64,000 nt of DNA from a bacterium (GTDB taxonomy: Bacteria > UBA8248): NCBI GenBank assembly GCA_965200245.1, contig CBDATS010000002.1, positions 1-64,000 of the forward strand, read 5' to 3'. This document shows positions 29,547 to 41,389 of the stretch, piece by piece. Each line of letters starts with the position of its first letter. The stretch's first letter is position 1. The notes below the pieces were generated by a model. It was given only the letters and a program-made list of their open reading frames with translations. It did not search any database and had not been told where the DNA came from. Position numbers and translations under genes: made by a program.

Positions 29547-30317
29547 ATGACGTCTAATGAAACCCTTGAATACAGACCCAAACGCGTTCTTCTCTTTGCA
29601 ACATGCCTGGTGGACAAATTCTTTCCTGAAGTCGGGGAGGCCACCGTCCATTTGCTTGAAAACGCGGATATCGAGGTGATCTATCCGGAAGGGCTCACTT
29701 GCTGTGGACTCCCCCATTTCAACAACGGTTTCAGGGAGGAGGCGAGAAAAATTCTCGAAACCCAATTACACCTGCTCGAGGGTGACATTCCCATCATAGT
29801 CCCCTCGGGTTCTTGCGGCTGGATGCTCAAAAGCGTCTTGCCCACCTTGTTCCCGAACGATCCCTGGGAACGGGAAAAAGCCGCGCAAATTGCAGGGCGC
29901 GTGATTGAGTTGTCCCAATTCCTCTGCAAGATAAACGTGAGGGATTTCGGTACAACGCTTCCCGGCAAGACTGTGTATCACGATTCGTGCCACCTCCTTC
30001 GCGGAATGGGAGAAAACCAGACACCCCGACAGTGTCTGGACCTTGTTGCGGACAACCGCGAAGAATTACCCGACTGTGACCGTTGCTGCGGGTTCGGAGG
30101 TTCGTTCGCAGTAAAATTTCCGGATGTTTCATGCGCCATGCTGGAAGAGAAGATCAAATCCGCCGAGGAAGTCGACGCGACCTGGCTCGTAGCTGCGGAC
30201 GCCGGATGCATGCTGCACATCGCGGGTGGATTATCGAGAAGAAACACGAAAATCAAACTCCTCCATCTTGCGCAGGCCCTATCCGGACCGCACAATCCAG
30301 GCTGGCCCGAGGAATAA
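29547..30317 (+). CDS. lutA: Lactate utilisation protein A (CCG-domain Fe-S protein, LutA/LldE)
   Basis: FATCLVD, TCCG, SGSC, YHDSCH, CCGFGG, GCMLHI. Confidence 0.9.
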   Translation: MTSNETLEYRPKRVLLFATCLVDKFFPEVGEATVHLLENADIEVIYPEGLTCCGLPHFNNGFREEARKILETQLHLLEGDIPIIVPSGSCGWMLKSVLPTLFPNDPWEREKAAQIAGRVIELSQFLCKINVRDFGTTLPGKTVYHDSCHLLRGMGENQTPRQCLDLVADNREELPDCDRCCGFGGSFAVKFPDVSCAMLEEKIKSAEEVDATWLVAADAGCMLHIAGGLSRRNTKIKLLHLAQALSGPHNPGWPEE

Positions 30318-30319
30318 AC

Positions 30320-32440
30320 TTGAATACGCCTTTCAATGAACGCGCGAATTCCGCATTGCTCAACCTCCCCCTGCAGGAAGCCCTGCACGCGGCTACGGAC
30401 AAATTCGCCAACCTACGCGCGCAGGCCTTCGATTCGACCGCTGCGCCACTCGCCTTGCGGGCGAAAGCAAGGGAAATCCGCAGAAAAACATTCGATGAAA
30501 TTGACAGGCATCTCGCAACCTTGTTCGAGAACCTCCAGAATCTGGGTGTACATGTACATTCTGCGCCCGACGCAGATTCCGCGAAGCGAATCGTCCTCGA
30601 AATCGCCCGCAAGCACGGGGTTGAGACAGTCGTCAAGAGCAAATCCATGGCGTCTGAGGAGATTCACCTCAACCAAGCATTGGAGGCGTCGGGCATCACC
30701 CCGTACGAAACCGACCTGGGAGAATGGATACTTCAACTGGCCAACGAGACGCCGAGCCATCTCGTGGCGCCGGCCATCCACAAGACATTGAAACAGGTGC
30801 AAGACCTTTTCCGTGAAAAAGTAGACCCAAGCGCCGGATCAGATCCACGGGAACTCACGTCAATTGCCCGCCAGAAACTGAGAACGGAATTTATGCGGGC
30901 GGGCATGGGAATCAGTGGCGTGAATTTCGCCGTGGCGGAAACGGGAACGCTTTGCCTCGTCACGAACGAGGGGAACGGGCGGCTCGTCACCACCTTGCCC
31001 AGAGTCCACGTCGCGATTATGGGATTCGAAAAAGTGGTGCCCACACTGCGAGACGCGCTCACGCTCCTCTCCGTTCTCCCCCGCAGCGCAACGGGTCAGA
31101 AACTCACCAGCTATTTCACCATGCTCTCCGGACCAAGGAGGGAAAACGAGACTGACGGCCCCGATGAGGTTCATCTCGTACTCCTCGACGGGGGACGTTC
31201 CCGGCACCTCGGGACACCGTTTCAGGAAGCTTTTCATTGCATCCGTTGTGGAGCATGTCAAAACGCCTGCCCGGTATTTCAGACAGTCGGCGGCCATACA
31301 TATGACTCCGTATACGGCGGCCCGATCGGTTCGATCCTGAGCCCCATGTTTCGTGGACTTGACGTTTCAGGAGAACTGCCCGCTGCATCCAGCCTGTGTG
31401 GTGCCTGCATGGACGCCTGCCCCGTCTTCGTCGACATTCCCCGCATGTTGCTGGAGATGCGGGAGGCGAGAACGGCCAGGAAAAACAACGCAATGATGGA
31501 TAGATTCCTGTTCCGTCTACTCGGAATGGCAATGCGCAAACCCTTTGTTTGGGAGACGGGTTTCAAGGTGGCGTCTGTTTTCTCCAGATTCCTGAACGCC
31601 AGAACGACCGCATGGCTGCCGGGATATATCGGGGCATGGGCAAAGGGTCGTGAACTTCCCGTTATCGCGAAAAAAAGTTTCCGCGGGCGCTGGCGGGAGA
31701 AGATACGAAGGGGGGGTGAATTATCTTCAGCAGCTCATGACGAGCCACGCGCTGGCGGCCCGGACGCGGTAATTGCAAAGACCCATCATGCCCTCGAGTT
31801 GGCGCACGGCTTGTCACACGGTCACTATGAAAGCACCGAAGGCCCTCTGCCGGAAATCAGCATCCCGGATGTCGCAGCCCGTTTCTCGTCAGAATTCGCA
31901 ACAGTGGCGAATCCCGTTCACCATCCTCATTCCATGGGTGACGTCCGGGAATATATTCTCGAGCTGGCGGCCAAATGGAAAGAGTATCCCGTAGCCATCA
32001 GCGACGGTCTGCCGATCAAGGTAGCCAGTTGGTTCAGGGATGAAGGTTTTGAAGTCATTTTTCCATCGAACGGAGGGGATAACCGAGACGCCATCGCTCG
32101 CTGTGGCATCGGTATTACGGGATGCGACTGGGCGATTGCGGAAACGGGCAGCATCGTGTTGCGGAGTGGGCCCGGCCACCCACGCCTTCACTCACTGTTA
32201 CCGGAAATTCACCTCGCTCTCATTCCCGAAAAAAACATCTTGCCCCATATCTCCTCGTTAGGACCGGAACTGGAAAGAGTCCTCCTGCAAGAAGATGATA
32301 CCACGCCAAGCTGCGTCAACATCATCACGGGACCGAGCCGATCAGCCGACATCGCGTTGACGCTCATCAAGGGCGTACATGGCCCGCGTGATGTTTTCGC
32401 CGTCATCATTCCCGATTCGCTCACCACAGAAGGCTCCTAG
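30320..32440 (+). CDS. lutB: LutB/LldF Fe-S protein fused to a LutC/LldG (LUD) domain
   Basis: VKSKSM, ETDLGE, CIRCGACQNACP, SSLCGACMDACP; C-terminal IAETGS...ITGPSRSADI...GVHGP. Confidence 0.88.
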   Translation: MNTPFNERANSALLNLPLQEALHAATDKFANLRAQAFDSTAAPLALRAKAREIRRKTFDEIDRHLATLFENLQNLGVHVHSAPDADSAKRIVLEIARKHGVETVVKSKSMASEEIHLNQALEASGITPYETDLGEWILQLANETPSHLVAPAIHKTLKQVQDLFREKVDPSAGSDPRELTSIARQKLRTEFMRAGMGISGVNFAVAETGTLCLVTNEGNGRLVTTLPRVHVAIMGFEKVVPTLRDALTLLSVLPRSATGQKLTSYFTMLSGPRRENETDGPDEVHLVLLDGGRSRHLGTPFQEAFHCIRCGACQNACPVFQTVGGHTYDSVYGGPIGSILSPMFRGLDVSGELPAASSLCGACMDACPVFVDIPRMLLEMREARTARKNNAMMDRFLFRLLGMAMRKPFVWETGFKVASVFSRFLNARTTAWLPGYIGAWAKGRELPVIAKKSFRGRWREKIRRGGELSSAAHDEPRAGGPDAVIAKTHHALELAHGLSHGHYESTEGPLPEISIPDVAARFSSEFATVANPVHHPHSMGDVREYILELAAKWKEYPVAISDGLPIKVASWFRDEGFEVIFPSNGGDNRDAIARCGIGITGCDWAIAETGSIVLRSGPGHPRLHSLLPEIHLALIPEKNILPHISSLGPELERVLLQEDDTTPSCVNIITGPSRSADIALTLIKGVHGPRDVFAVIIPDSLTTEGS

Positions 32441-32502
32441 TACACACCCCTCCTCCCGAAAAGGCAGCAATCCTCGCAAGGCCGGAATGTAGCATCGCTT
32501 AC

Positions 32503-32561
32503 GCTGCAAACGACAACCCCCTCGAGCGAACAATTTGCTCGAGGGGGTTGTCGTTTGCAGC
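32503..32561. terminator. 25-bp perfect hairpin between convergent lutBC and glnA (bidirectional terminator)
   Basis: gctgcaaacgacaaccccctcgagc-gaacaattt-gctcgagggggttgtcgtttgcagc. Confidence 0.8.
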
Positions 32562-32586
32562 TTCTCGGAACAGGCCAGGCCGTATT

Positions 32587-33999
32587 CTAGATGTCATAGT
32601 AGAGGTGGAATTCGTGGGGATGTGGACGCAGGCGTACCGGATCGACTTCCTCCGTGCGCTTGTATTCGATCCAGTTGTCAATGGAATCCTTCGTGAACAC
32701 GTCACCTTTCAGCAGGAACTCAAAGTCTGCCTCGAGCGCGTCCAGTGCCTCGGGCAAGCTTCCGGGCGTCTGCTGCACGTCGCTGCGCTCCTCGGGAGCA
32801 AGGTCGTAGAGGTTCTTGTCAATGGGCTCGGGCGGCATGATTTTATTCTGTATACCGTCCAGACCGGCCATGAGCATGGCGGCGAAAGCCATATAAGGGT
32901 TGCATGAGGGGTCAGGGCAGCGGAATTCGACCCTCTTGGCTTTCTCACTTGAAGAATACATGGGAATGCGCACGCAGGCACTTCTGTTTCGGCAGCTATA
33001 AATCAAGTTGATCGGCGCTTCATATCCCGGCACCAAGCGGCGGTAGCTGTTCGTCGTCGGGTTGGTGAAAGCCAGCAATGCGGGCGCATGTTTCAGCAAG
33101 CCACCAATATAGTAAAGCGCGTCAGGACTTAAATCGCCATAAGTCCCTGCACGATACATGATGTTCTTCTCATCCTTCCAGATACTCTGGTGGACGTGCA
33201 TTCCGGTGCCATTGTCGAGGAACACGGGTTTCGGCATGAAGGTCGCCGTCTTTCCGTGTTGTTTCGCCACGTTCTTTACGATGTATTTATACTTCATCAG
33301 CTTGTCAGCCGTGGTCACCAAGGTATCGAATCGAATGTCGATTTCACATTGCCCGGCGGAAGCCACTTCATGGTGGTGTACTTCACACGCGACGCCACAA
33401 TCGAGCATTGTCAGCATCATCTCCGAACGAATGTCTTGGAGTGTGTCGTTGGGGGGCACGGGAAAATAGCCTTCCTTGTAGCGGTTCTTGTGGCCGAGGT
33501 TCGGATCTTCGCTGGCACCCGTGTTCCAGGCAGCTTCACCCGAGTCCACTTCGTAGTAGGCATGATTTTCAGAACCCGAATAACGCACATCGTCGAACAC
33601 GAAAAATTCGGCTTCAGGGCCGAAATAGGCAACGTCCCCGATACCCGTGGACTGCATGTATCGTTCCGCCTTGATAGCGATATGGCGTGGGTCGCGGTCG
33701 TAGAGTTCGAGTGTAACCGGATCTTTGATGTCACAAATGAGAACCAGGGTCGGAATTTTCAGGAAAGGATCCATGAAAGCGGTCGTCGGATCCGGAATAA
33801 GAAGCATGTCGCTCTGATCGATGCTTTGAAATCCCCGGATGCTCGAACCGTCGAAACCGACGCCTTCATCGAAGGTGTCCTCCTCCAACGTGTCGATGTG
33901 CGCCGAGAAATGTTGCCATATGCCAGGCATGTCGATGAAACGATAGTCAACCATTTTGGCGCCACTTTCCTTAGCCAACTTCAAGACATCTTCTATCAT
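32587..33999 (-). CDS. glnA: Glutamine synthetase type I
   Basis: [31 protein letters not shown], adenylylation site KNLYDL. Confidence 0.98.
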   Translation of the reverse strand: MIEDVLKLAKESGAKMVDYRFIDMPGIWQHFSAHIDTLEEDTFDEGVGFDGSSIRGFQSIDQSDMLLIPDPTTAFMDPFLKIPTLVLICDIKDPVTLELYDRDPRHIAIKAERYMQSTGIGDVAYFGPEAEFFVFDDVRYSGSENHAYYEVDSGEAAWNTGASEDPNLGHKNRYKEGYFPVPPNDTLQDIRSEMMLTMLDCGVACEVHHHEVASAGQCEIDIRFDTLVTTADKLMKYKYIVKNVAKQHGKTATFMPKPVFLDNGTGMHVHQSIWKDEKNIMYRAGTYGDLSPDALYYIGGLLKHAPALLAFTNPTTNSYRRLVPGYEAPINLIYSCRNRSACVRIPMYSSSEKAKRVEFRCPDPSCNPYMAFAAMLMAGLDGIQNKIMPPEPIDKNLYDLAPEERSDVQQTPGSLPEALDALEADFEFLLKGDVFTKDSIDNWIEYKRTEEVDPVRLRPHPHEFHLYYDI

Positions 34000-34080
34000 C
34001 TGTCGTACCTCCATAAGGAATTGTGGTTTTGCGAAAGGTATCTACACAAAACCAGGATTTGTTCAGGCCTTCAGGCTTCG

Positions 34081-36822
34081 TTATGACATGATGGCGCCAA
34101 CCGGGCGCCCTTCCTCCAGAATTTCGCTAAGATTTCCGCACAACTCCTTCAGTCTGGCTGTATCTTCTATTTTGCGTCCACTGTCATCCGTTATGTAGAA
34201 GGCATCTACCGCGCATTGCCCTTCCGTGGTGATTTTGGCCCGCGAGATAGATATGCCCTCTTGCGCAAAGAATTGGGAAATCTGTGCCAGGAGGCCGTGC
34301 CTGTCCGGTGCCACGACTTCCAGCACTGTCGCGTCCTCGCTCGCCATCTGGTCGAATTCAACCAGGACAGGCAAATCGAACGACATCCGTTTCTTCAGGC
34401 GCAAATACTTTTTGCTCCGTCCCAGGAATTCCGCCAACCCCAATTCGCCGGACAACAATTCCTCCAGCGATACCCGAAATTTTTTCCAGAGGTCTTCATT
34501 GACGACGGCTTTCCCCTCGGAATCCACTACCTCGAAAGTATCGATAACCAGACCGTCTTCGCGTGTGTATACTTTCGCATCCAGAATGTTGAGTTCATAC
34601 ACCGTAAACGCACCGGCGACCAGAGCGAACAAACCGAGTTGGTCCTTGCACAACAGCGTCAAGAGCGTATGTCCACGCCTTCTGCGATGCGTGATGTCGA
34701 TCTCGCATATCGCCTCACTTGAAATACGGGTCCCGAGCTCGATGTGTCGCAAAATGTCCTGCGGTGGTGTTCCGATGCGATATCTTTCAGGCATAGATGC
34801 CATGTGGACGGCGATTTCTTCATGCCCTACCCGACTTCCACCGGTCCTCGCTTCCATCTTGACCTGTTCTACGATGTCTTCCGCACGCTTTTTCCTGTAC
34901 AAATCCTCTCCGGTTTCCATCACCCTGAGCACTCGCTTGTACAGTTCGTGGATTAAAGCGCTTCTCCATTCGTTCCATATTCCAGGAGCGACAGCGGATA
35001 TATCCGCATAGGTCAAGAGATAAAGCATCTGGAGTCTTTCCACCGTCTCCATTTTATCGGCGAAATTGCTGATCAGGACAGGATCGTCGATATCACGCCT
35101 TTCAGCCGTGAGGCTCAACTCGATATGGCAAGCCACCAAAAACTCGATAATGCTTCCCTGGTCTGCCGGCAGCCCCATCCGCATGATGATGTCGGGAAGC
35201 GCGGATGAACTCTTGTGCACGTGTCTCGGCCCCCTCGCCTTTCCGATATCATGAAACAGAAGCGCAAGTCTCAGGATGTTGGTGCGTTCCATTTCTCTAT
35301 GGATATAGGCCACATGCTGCAAGGACACGTCCCTTGTATATGTGAGTTCGTCCAATGCCGCCAATGTCAACAAAGTATGCTCATCTGCAGTATATCGGTG
35401 GTAATGGTCGTACTGTACGAAGCACGTCAAGGGTTCGAACTCGGGGATATACCGTCCCAACAGACCGAGACCGTGCATCTCGTGCATTGTAGTCGTTACG
35501 CCTGCCTTGCCGCTTAATATCCGCAGGAAACTGTCCCTTACATCCGGCGAAGAGCGGAAATCATCATCGACGGTGTCCAGATGGGCCCGAACGAAATTTC
35601 TCGCGTTCGGGGATAAACGGCACCCGAAGCGAAACTGGCTCTCGAATATCTTCATCAGGCCCGTAGGATTCCCAAGCACTGCTTCTGGATTCGAATCATC
35701 CAGAACGAGTGTGTGATAGTCCTGCAAGGCCAGCCCGTCCCCAAGGGGCTGGAACCTGGGTTTCCTGTTAACCCATCTTCTGCGCTTCAGATGATCCTCA
35801 AGCGTTTCGAAAAAATCCCGGCAGAAAATGTGCAGGTCCCTCGCATGCAGGAAATAATCGCGCATCAGACACTCGCTGGCCAAAGCGCTCTCTTTGTCCT
35901 CATAACCCAGCGCGGGCGCAATCTCGGCCTGCGCCTGAAAGTTCAGCATATCATTTTTGGCTTTTGCGTGTATGTGCAGTTGTGCCCGAATGCGAAGAAG
36001 AAAATCATAAGCCTTCATCGCTTTCTCGAACTCCGCCTGCGGGACCCAGCCCTTGCGCCATATCTCGCACGTTTCATTCAGTCCGAAAGCCTTGGCCAAC
36101 CAGCAAACGGCATGGAAATCCCTCAAGCCCCCCGCACTTTCCTTCACGTTCGGTTCGAGGACATACACCGAAGGGTCCCATGATCGGTATCGCCTCATTC
36201 TCTCTTCGAGACGATTACGAAGATGCGAGCTTTTAGCGACACGGTGCAGGTAGGCATCGAACTTCTTGTTGAATTCCCGGAAAACTTCTTCGCTGCCCGC
36301 CAACAGGCGATTTTCCAGCATGGCGGTTTCGCTTTGGTAGTCTTCCTTGGCGATTTTCAGACAATTGGAAATGGTTCTGGCACTGTGCCCTATCGTAAGG
36401 CCTGCATCCCACATCAGATACAGGACGGAGCGAATCAATTCGCTGATTTGTCCCTCATGCCCCGAAAACAGGAACAAAAGATCGATATCCGAGCCAGGAG
36501 ACAACTCCCCCCGTCCATATCCGCCAATTGCCACCAAGGCGCATGAATACACCCGATCATCGTCAGTGGATTTTTTCTTTTCTCCCTCCAAGGCATATGC
36601 ATAGACTTGGGCAATATACGCATCCATGAATTTCGCGTGGGCTTCACACAACTCGTACCCGCCGGCACCCTCATGCTGCGCATTGCATATATGTTCCCCC
36701 GCCTGCGCGTACGCCTCCTTGATATATCGGAGAAAAACGCTCCTCTCCCATCCACTGGCAGCAAGAGTCGTTTCCCGTACATCGCTTTGAAGTTGTAATA
36801 AATGGTCGAGAGATGGTGTCAT
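34081..36822 (-). CDS. glnD: [Protein-PII] uridylyltransferase
   Basis: AIGGYGRGELSPGSDIDL, EPNVKESAGGLRD, HD domain (HDIGK), two ACT domains. Confidence 0.95.
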   Translation of the reverse strand: MTPSLDHLLQLQSDVRETTLAASGWERSVFLRYIKEAYAQAGEHICNAQHEGAGGYELCEAHAKFMDAYIAQVYAYALEGEKKKSTDDDRVYSCALVAIGGYGRGELSPGSDIDLLFLFSGHEGQISELIRSVLYLMWDAGLTIGHSARTISNCLKIAKEDYQSETAMLENRLLAGSEEVFREFNKKFDAYLHRVAKSSHLRNRLEERMRRYRSWDPSVYVLEPNVKESAGGLRDFHAVCWLAKAFGLNETCEIWRKGWVPQAEFEKAMKAYDFLLRIRAQLHIHAKAKNDMLNFQAQAEIAPALGYEDKESALASECLMRDYFLHARDLHIFCRDFFETLEDHLKRRRWVNRKPRFQPLGDGLALQDYHTLVLDDSNPEAVLGNPTGLMKIFESQFRFGCRLSPNARNFVRAHLDTVDDDFRSSPDVRDSFLRILSGKAGVTTTMHEMHGLGLLGRYIPEFEPLTCFVQYDHYHRYTADEHTLLTLAALDELTYTRDVSLQHVAYIHREMERTNILRLALLFHDIGKARGPRHVHKSSSALPDIIMRMGLPADQGSIIEFLVACHIELSLTAERRDIDDPVLISNFADKMETVERLQMLYLLTYADISAVAPGIWNEWRSALIHELYKRVLRVMETGEDLYRKKRAEDIVEQVKMEARTGGSRVGHEEIAVHMASMPERYRIGTPPQDILRHIELGTRISSEAICEIDITHRRRRGHTLLTLLCKDQLGLFALVAGAFTVYELNILDAKVYTREDGLVIDTFEVVDSEGKAVVNEDLWKKFRVSLEELLSGELGLAEFLGRSKKYLRLKKRMSFDLPVLVEFDQMASEDATVLEVVAPDRHGLLAQISQFFAQEGISISRAKITTEGQCAVDAFYITDDSGRKIEDTARLKELCGNLSEILEEGRPVGAIMS

Positions 36823-36834
36823 CGGACAGTATCG

Positions 36835-37191
<357 letters not shown>

Positions 37192-37905
37192 TCAAGTAAA
37201 ATTCCAACGGGATGGTTTTCATCGACTATAACACGCAGTGGTTGGTCGTCAATCAATAAACTCAACGAACAGTGACACTTTCCGTCCTCTGATTTGAATT
37301 TTTACACGAAATATGTTTCCAAGGTGTTACATGCGGATGACGAACGATTTCACATTTCACGAAACCCCGGAAATTTCCTGGAATCGCACGACCCTGAAGG
37401 TTGCGCGGGACAGTGCTTTTCCATACACTCCGCAACTGGTTCTTTCGTATTTTCGTTGATTTCAAGGCGTTTTTTCATTTCAGTAGGAGAATTGAAGCAA
37501 TGGAATGTACGCTGTTGGAAGCACCTGTAGAATGTCATTTTGCATCGAAAGGTTCCAATGGACAAAATCAGTGTTCATACAACGGAAGTTCCTGCTTTCC
37601 TGTAGTCGAGGAATGTCTCTCGGGTGATGAAGAGAAAGCATGTGAACACATTCTGGAATTTCCCAAGGGAACGTACTGCTCTAGATTTCCAAATCCGGAA
37701 AATCGTTGGGAGCGTGGCAGATGTCCTCTCGCGACGCATATCAAAGTCGACTTCGAGGCCCCTCTCGAGAAGAAACTCAACCCTCTGAAAGCCTCAAAAC
37801 GAGCCGCGAGAGGAAACTAGGGAGCAATCATATTTTTCAAGGGACGCTCTACAGAAACGTACAGCCGCGTTCGGAGATGCGCGACTCCCGGAAAAGTGTT
37901 TCTTC

Positions 37906-39624
37906 CTAGCCTACCAGAAGGGCCAATACGCCAGCGATAATGAATATATGATCGACGGCCACTTCCATGAGACCGCTATGCCCCAGTATCTTTCGAATAT
38001 GCCAGTATAGACATGCGCCCGCATATATGACCGGAATGAGCATCGCGTAACCGAATGCCGGAGCTACCCATCCGATCAAGCAGGCAATGACGAGAACGAC
38101 GGCCAATGCGACGCAGGTCGCCGCCATAAGCATTTCCGTCTTCGCTTTGCCGAATACGATCGGCAAGGTCCTCTTGCCCACGATTCTGTCGCCTTGAATG
38201 TCTCTCAGCTCCATCAGGCCGGTTCGGAAAAAAATCAAGCCGAATGCAACAAAAATCGACACAAACCAAGCCATGGAAATCGCCTGGAAATCAGCCAGCG
38301 CGGGCAAAACCGCCAAACTGAAGGTCCAGCCCACAATGAGAACGAGAATCTTCAATACAGGAAAATTCATCACCTGCCCTACGAGTGCACGAGACTCGAG
38401 TTTCAGGCTACAAAAGGTGGCCCAAACCAGACCGGCCACCATAATACCCCCTGCCAAGTAGGAGATACTTACCCCGTATGCGATGGATACCAGGGCGGCG
38501 GTCCCGGCCAGAGTCATCAGCACGGGCTTGTGCTTCTCATAAAATAAAGCCCGATTGGGTTCATTGTATCTATCCGCTTCATAGCTGACACACCGATTGA
38601 TAGTATGAGCTGTGAATAGATACAGACCCGCCGTTGCAGCGATCTTTATCGAGAGGGAAAAACCTCCTAATTTCGCTATGGCGATGCTGCCCAACAGCGC
38701 AGAGACGAAAAGAAGAGCATTCGCCCGAGACAAGACCTTGAAAAAGTTGAAAACCTTATCGAAGAAATTCGGGCTTGGATCTGGAACCGCCTCAATTCGA
38801 TTGACGACGCGCCTGATCATCCAATCCGGCGTAGAGGCTCCTGCCGTTACGGCGATGTTATTGTATTGTTGCAGGAATTTCTCGTCAATCTCATTTTCGG
38901 TTTCGATAAGAATCGAATCGGCGCCAGCCTCTTTCGCTACTTCCACGAGGCGGTTCGTATTACCGCTGTTGCGACCCCCGACAACGACCATCAAGTCGAC
39001 ATCGGGCGCAAGCTTCTTCACTTCTTCCTGACGAACTTCTGTCGCATCGCAAATCGTATTGAACATTTGGGCTTGGGGATATTTCCGCAAAATTGCTTCT
39101 TCCACATCTTTCCACTCACGCATGTTGATGGTCGTTTGAGCGACTACCACAACAGGTCGGTCACCGATGTCCGGGAGTCCGGCCACGTCTTCTATACTTG
39201 TTATCAGATGGCTGCCGGCCTCCGCGTAACCCCTGTGACCATCCACCTCCGGGTGGCCTTCCTCACCGATGATCACCGTGAATGCGCCCATGCGGGAATG
39301 TTTTCTGATAACCCCGTGCACTTTGGCGACCAGAGGACATGTCGCATCCTTGATGCCGGCACCAGAGCCTTTCAAACGAGCACGAACCTGCGGTGATATG
39401 CCATGCGCCCGGATGACGACCAGACTCGTATTGCTCGGTGTCTCCTCCGGATCAGAAGCGATAACGCTTTTCTGTTCCAGCAATTCCACCGTCTGCGGAT
39501 TGTGAATCAACGGTCCATGCGTAAGAACCTCGCTGGATGTCTTGTCCGCCGTGTCAAGTGCAATATCGAGCGCCCTTTCCACCCCCCAGCAAAAACCAGC
39601 CGTCTTAGCCAGCTTGACCCTCAA
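37906..39624 (-). CDS. ispH: HMBPP reductase IspH fused to a UbiA-like membrane domain
   Basis: AGFCWGV, DATCP, TICDAT, GASTP; C-terminal multi-TM region with RDIQGDRIVGKRTLPIVFG. Confidence 0.92.
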   Translation of the reverse strand: MRVKLAKTAGFCWGVERALDIALDTADKTSSEVLTHGPLIHNPQTVELLEQKSVIASDPEETPSNTSLVVIRAHGISPQVRARLKGSGAGIKDATCPLVAKVHGVIRKHSRMGAFTVIIGEEGHPEVDGHRGYAEAGSHLITSIEDVAGLPDIGDRPVVVVAQTTINMREWKDVEEAILRKYPQAQMFNTICDATEVRQEEVKKLAPDVDLMVVVGGRNSGNTNRLVEVAKEAGADSILIETENEIDEKFLQQYNNIAVTAGASTPDWMIRRVVNRIEAVPDPSPNFFDKVFNFFKVLSRANALLFVSALLGSIAIAKLGGFSLSIKIAATAGLYLFTAHTINRCVSYEADRYNEPNRALFYEKHKPVLMTLAGTAALVSIAYGVSISYLAGGIMVAGLVWATFCSLKLESRALVGQVMNFPVLKILVLIVGWTFSLAVLPALADFQAISMAWFVSIFVAFGLIFFRTGLMELRDIQGDRIVGKRTLPIVFGKAKTEMLMAATCVALAVVLVIACLIGWVAPAFGYAMLIPVIYAGACLYWHIRKILGHSGLMEVAVDHIFIIAGVLALLVG

Positions 39625-39739
39625 TCTTATCCCTCCTGAGACTTAGCGGATCGAAACGCAAGGTACATCCCTGCGTGCAAAATCATTACGTTCCCACTAT
39701 AGCTTTACTCCCGATTCATATGCAATAAAAAAACATCCA

Positions 39740-40285
39740 TCAATTTTCATTCGAATAGCGAGGGTGCTCAAAACGGTACTCAATTATAGGCGGCGACTCG
39801 CCTGGTAGAGAAAGATCGAAGATTCGGAACCACCCCCCGGAAGCATTCAGAACCACCTCGCCAGCCGTTCTGGGCAGATCGAACCTCTTCGGCCCACAAC
39901 TCCCGGGATTGAAAAATACGGTCTTGTCAATCATTCGGCAAAACGGTTGGTGGCTATGGCCGAAAATCACCAAATCCATTGTTTCACGTTCAAGAAATAT
40001 TCTTACATCCCGGGCGGGACCTGCCCGGTGCCAGACGATATGCTGAATCATGATGCGCCAGCCTGCCATGACGGTTGACAACCGGACCGGGGCCAAAGTG
40101 AGCGCATCCACGTTTCCCGAAACACTGGTGACTGGGGCGATGCTCTCAAGTTCCGGTAAAACAGAATCAGACCCGATATCGCCTGCGTGGAAGATATGTT
40201 CCGATCCCTGGCAAAATTCGACCACATCTTGCGCAAGACGCCCATGCGTGTCGGACAAGACACATAATCTGACGCTGGAAGTCAT
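39740..40285 (-). CDS. Metallophosphoesterase (YfcE-like)
   Basis: SDTHG, HAGD, GNVD, GHSH, NPGS. Confidence 0.9.
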   Translation of the reverse strand: MTSSVRLCVLSDTHGRLAQDVVEFCQGSEHIFHAGDIGSDSVLPELESIAPVTSVSGNVDALTLAPVRLSTVMAGWRIMIQHIVWHRAGPARDVRIFLERETMDLVIFGHSHQPFCRMIDKTVFFNPGSCGPKRFDLPRTAGEVVLNASGGWFRIFDLSLPGESPPIIEYRFEHPRYSNEN

Positions 40286-40478
40286 TTTTTCTTGGCCTCA
40301 CGTGTAGAAGATGCAAATCACAGGGCAGCGCTCTCGATTCCTCCAAGGGAGCATGAACGATACCCACTCAAGCCAGACAATCACACCTTGCATTCTACCC
40401 TTCATTCCATGTCCGGCATATCCAATTCAACCGCCATTCGGGAAGAAAAACATATAAATGCCAAAATACATACAAACG

Positions 40479-41339
40479 CTAACTTTTTGACCTCCCGCCC
40501 AATACGATTCCTGCCAATATGATTGAGCAAGCGAAAAGCCGGCTGGACGTGGGAACCTCCTGAAGCAGCCACCATGCCAACCCGGTAGCCACCAAGGGTT
40601 CTCCCACAACGGCAAGCGCCACTTTTCCCGGGTACAAATGTCCCAGGGCATAGTTGATGGAAGTATGGCCAATCAATGTGGGGATAAGTACCATTGCGGC
40701 CAGGAGAAGCCAGGTATCATTGGAGAATCCGCCGAGTGGTTGGGTCAAAATGAAAGCAGCGCAGAAAAGCAGTATTCCGCTGAATCCATAACACCCCGTT
40801 ACATATGCCGCTACCGGTATTTTCACCCTCAGCTTACGGCCGCAAAGCATGTAGGCGGAGGCCATCACGGCTGCGGACAAGGCCAGCGAATTTCCCCAAA
40901 AACTGCCTTCCCACCCCACAAAGTCTGAATACGCCAAGGCTGCGCTACCTCCAATTGCCATCGCGACGCCTAGCCAGAAATTCCGTCCCTCCCTTTCACC
41001 CAAAAAAACAATCCCGCCGATGCCAGCGAATATGGGGTTGGTTGTCGCAAGAACAACGGAACTTGCGACCGACGTATGAGACAGTGACTCTATCCAAAGT
41101 GCAAAATGAAATGCCAGAAAGGCCCCCGAACCCATCCAGATGATTTTCTCTTTCAGCGACAGGGCACTCCACACGTTCAAGACACTCTTGCCTGTGAAGG
41201 GTAATAACAACAGGGCACCTCCCCCCATACGGTATGCTGCTATCGCCAGAGGTTCGGCATCCGCCAATCGTATGAATATGGCGGAACAGCCCAGGGTGAT
41301 GACCCCTATGAACAGAAAGAGATACACGCGAATTTTCAT
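40479..41339 (-). CDS. DMT/EamA family transporter
   Basis: About 10 TM segments with EamA repeat pattern. Confidence 0.88.
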   Translation of the reverse strand: MKIRVYLFLFIGVITLGCSAIFIRLADAEPLAIAAYRMGGGALLLLPFTGKSVLNVWSALSLKEKIIWMGSGAFLAFHFALWIESLSHTSVASSVVLATTNPIFAGIGGIVFLGEREGRNFWLGVAMAIGGSAALAYSDFVGWEGSFWGNSLALSAAVMASAYMLCGRKLRVKIPVAAYVTGCYGFSGILLFCAAFILTQPLGGFSNDTWLLLAAMVLIPTLIGHTSINYALGHLYPGKVALAVVGEPLVATGLAWWLLQEVPTSSRLFACSIILAGIVLGGRSKS

Positions 41340-41389
41340 GGCATTGCAATCAGGCCCGAACAGGTCTTCATCGGGGTTTTGTAGAACAG

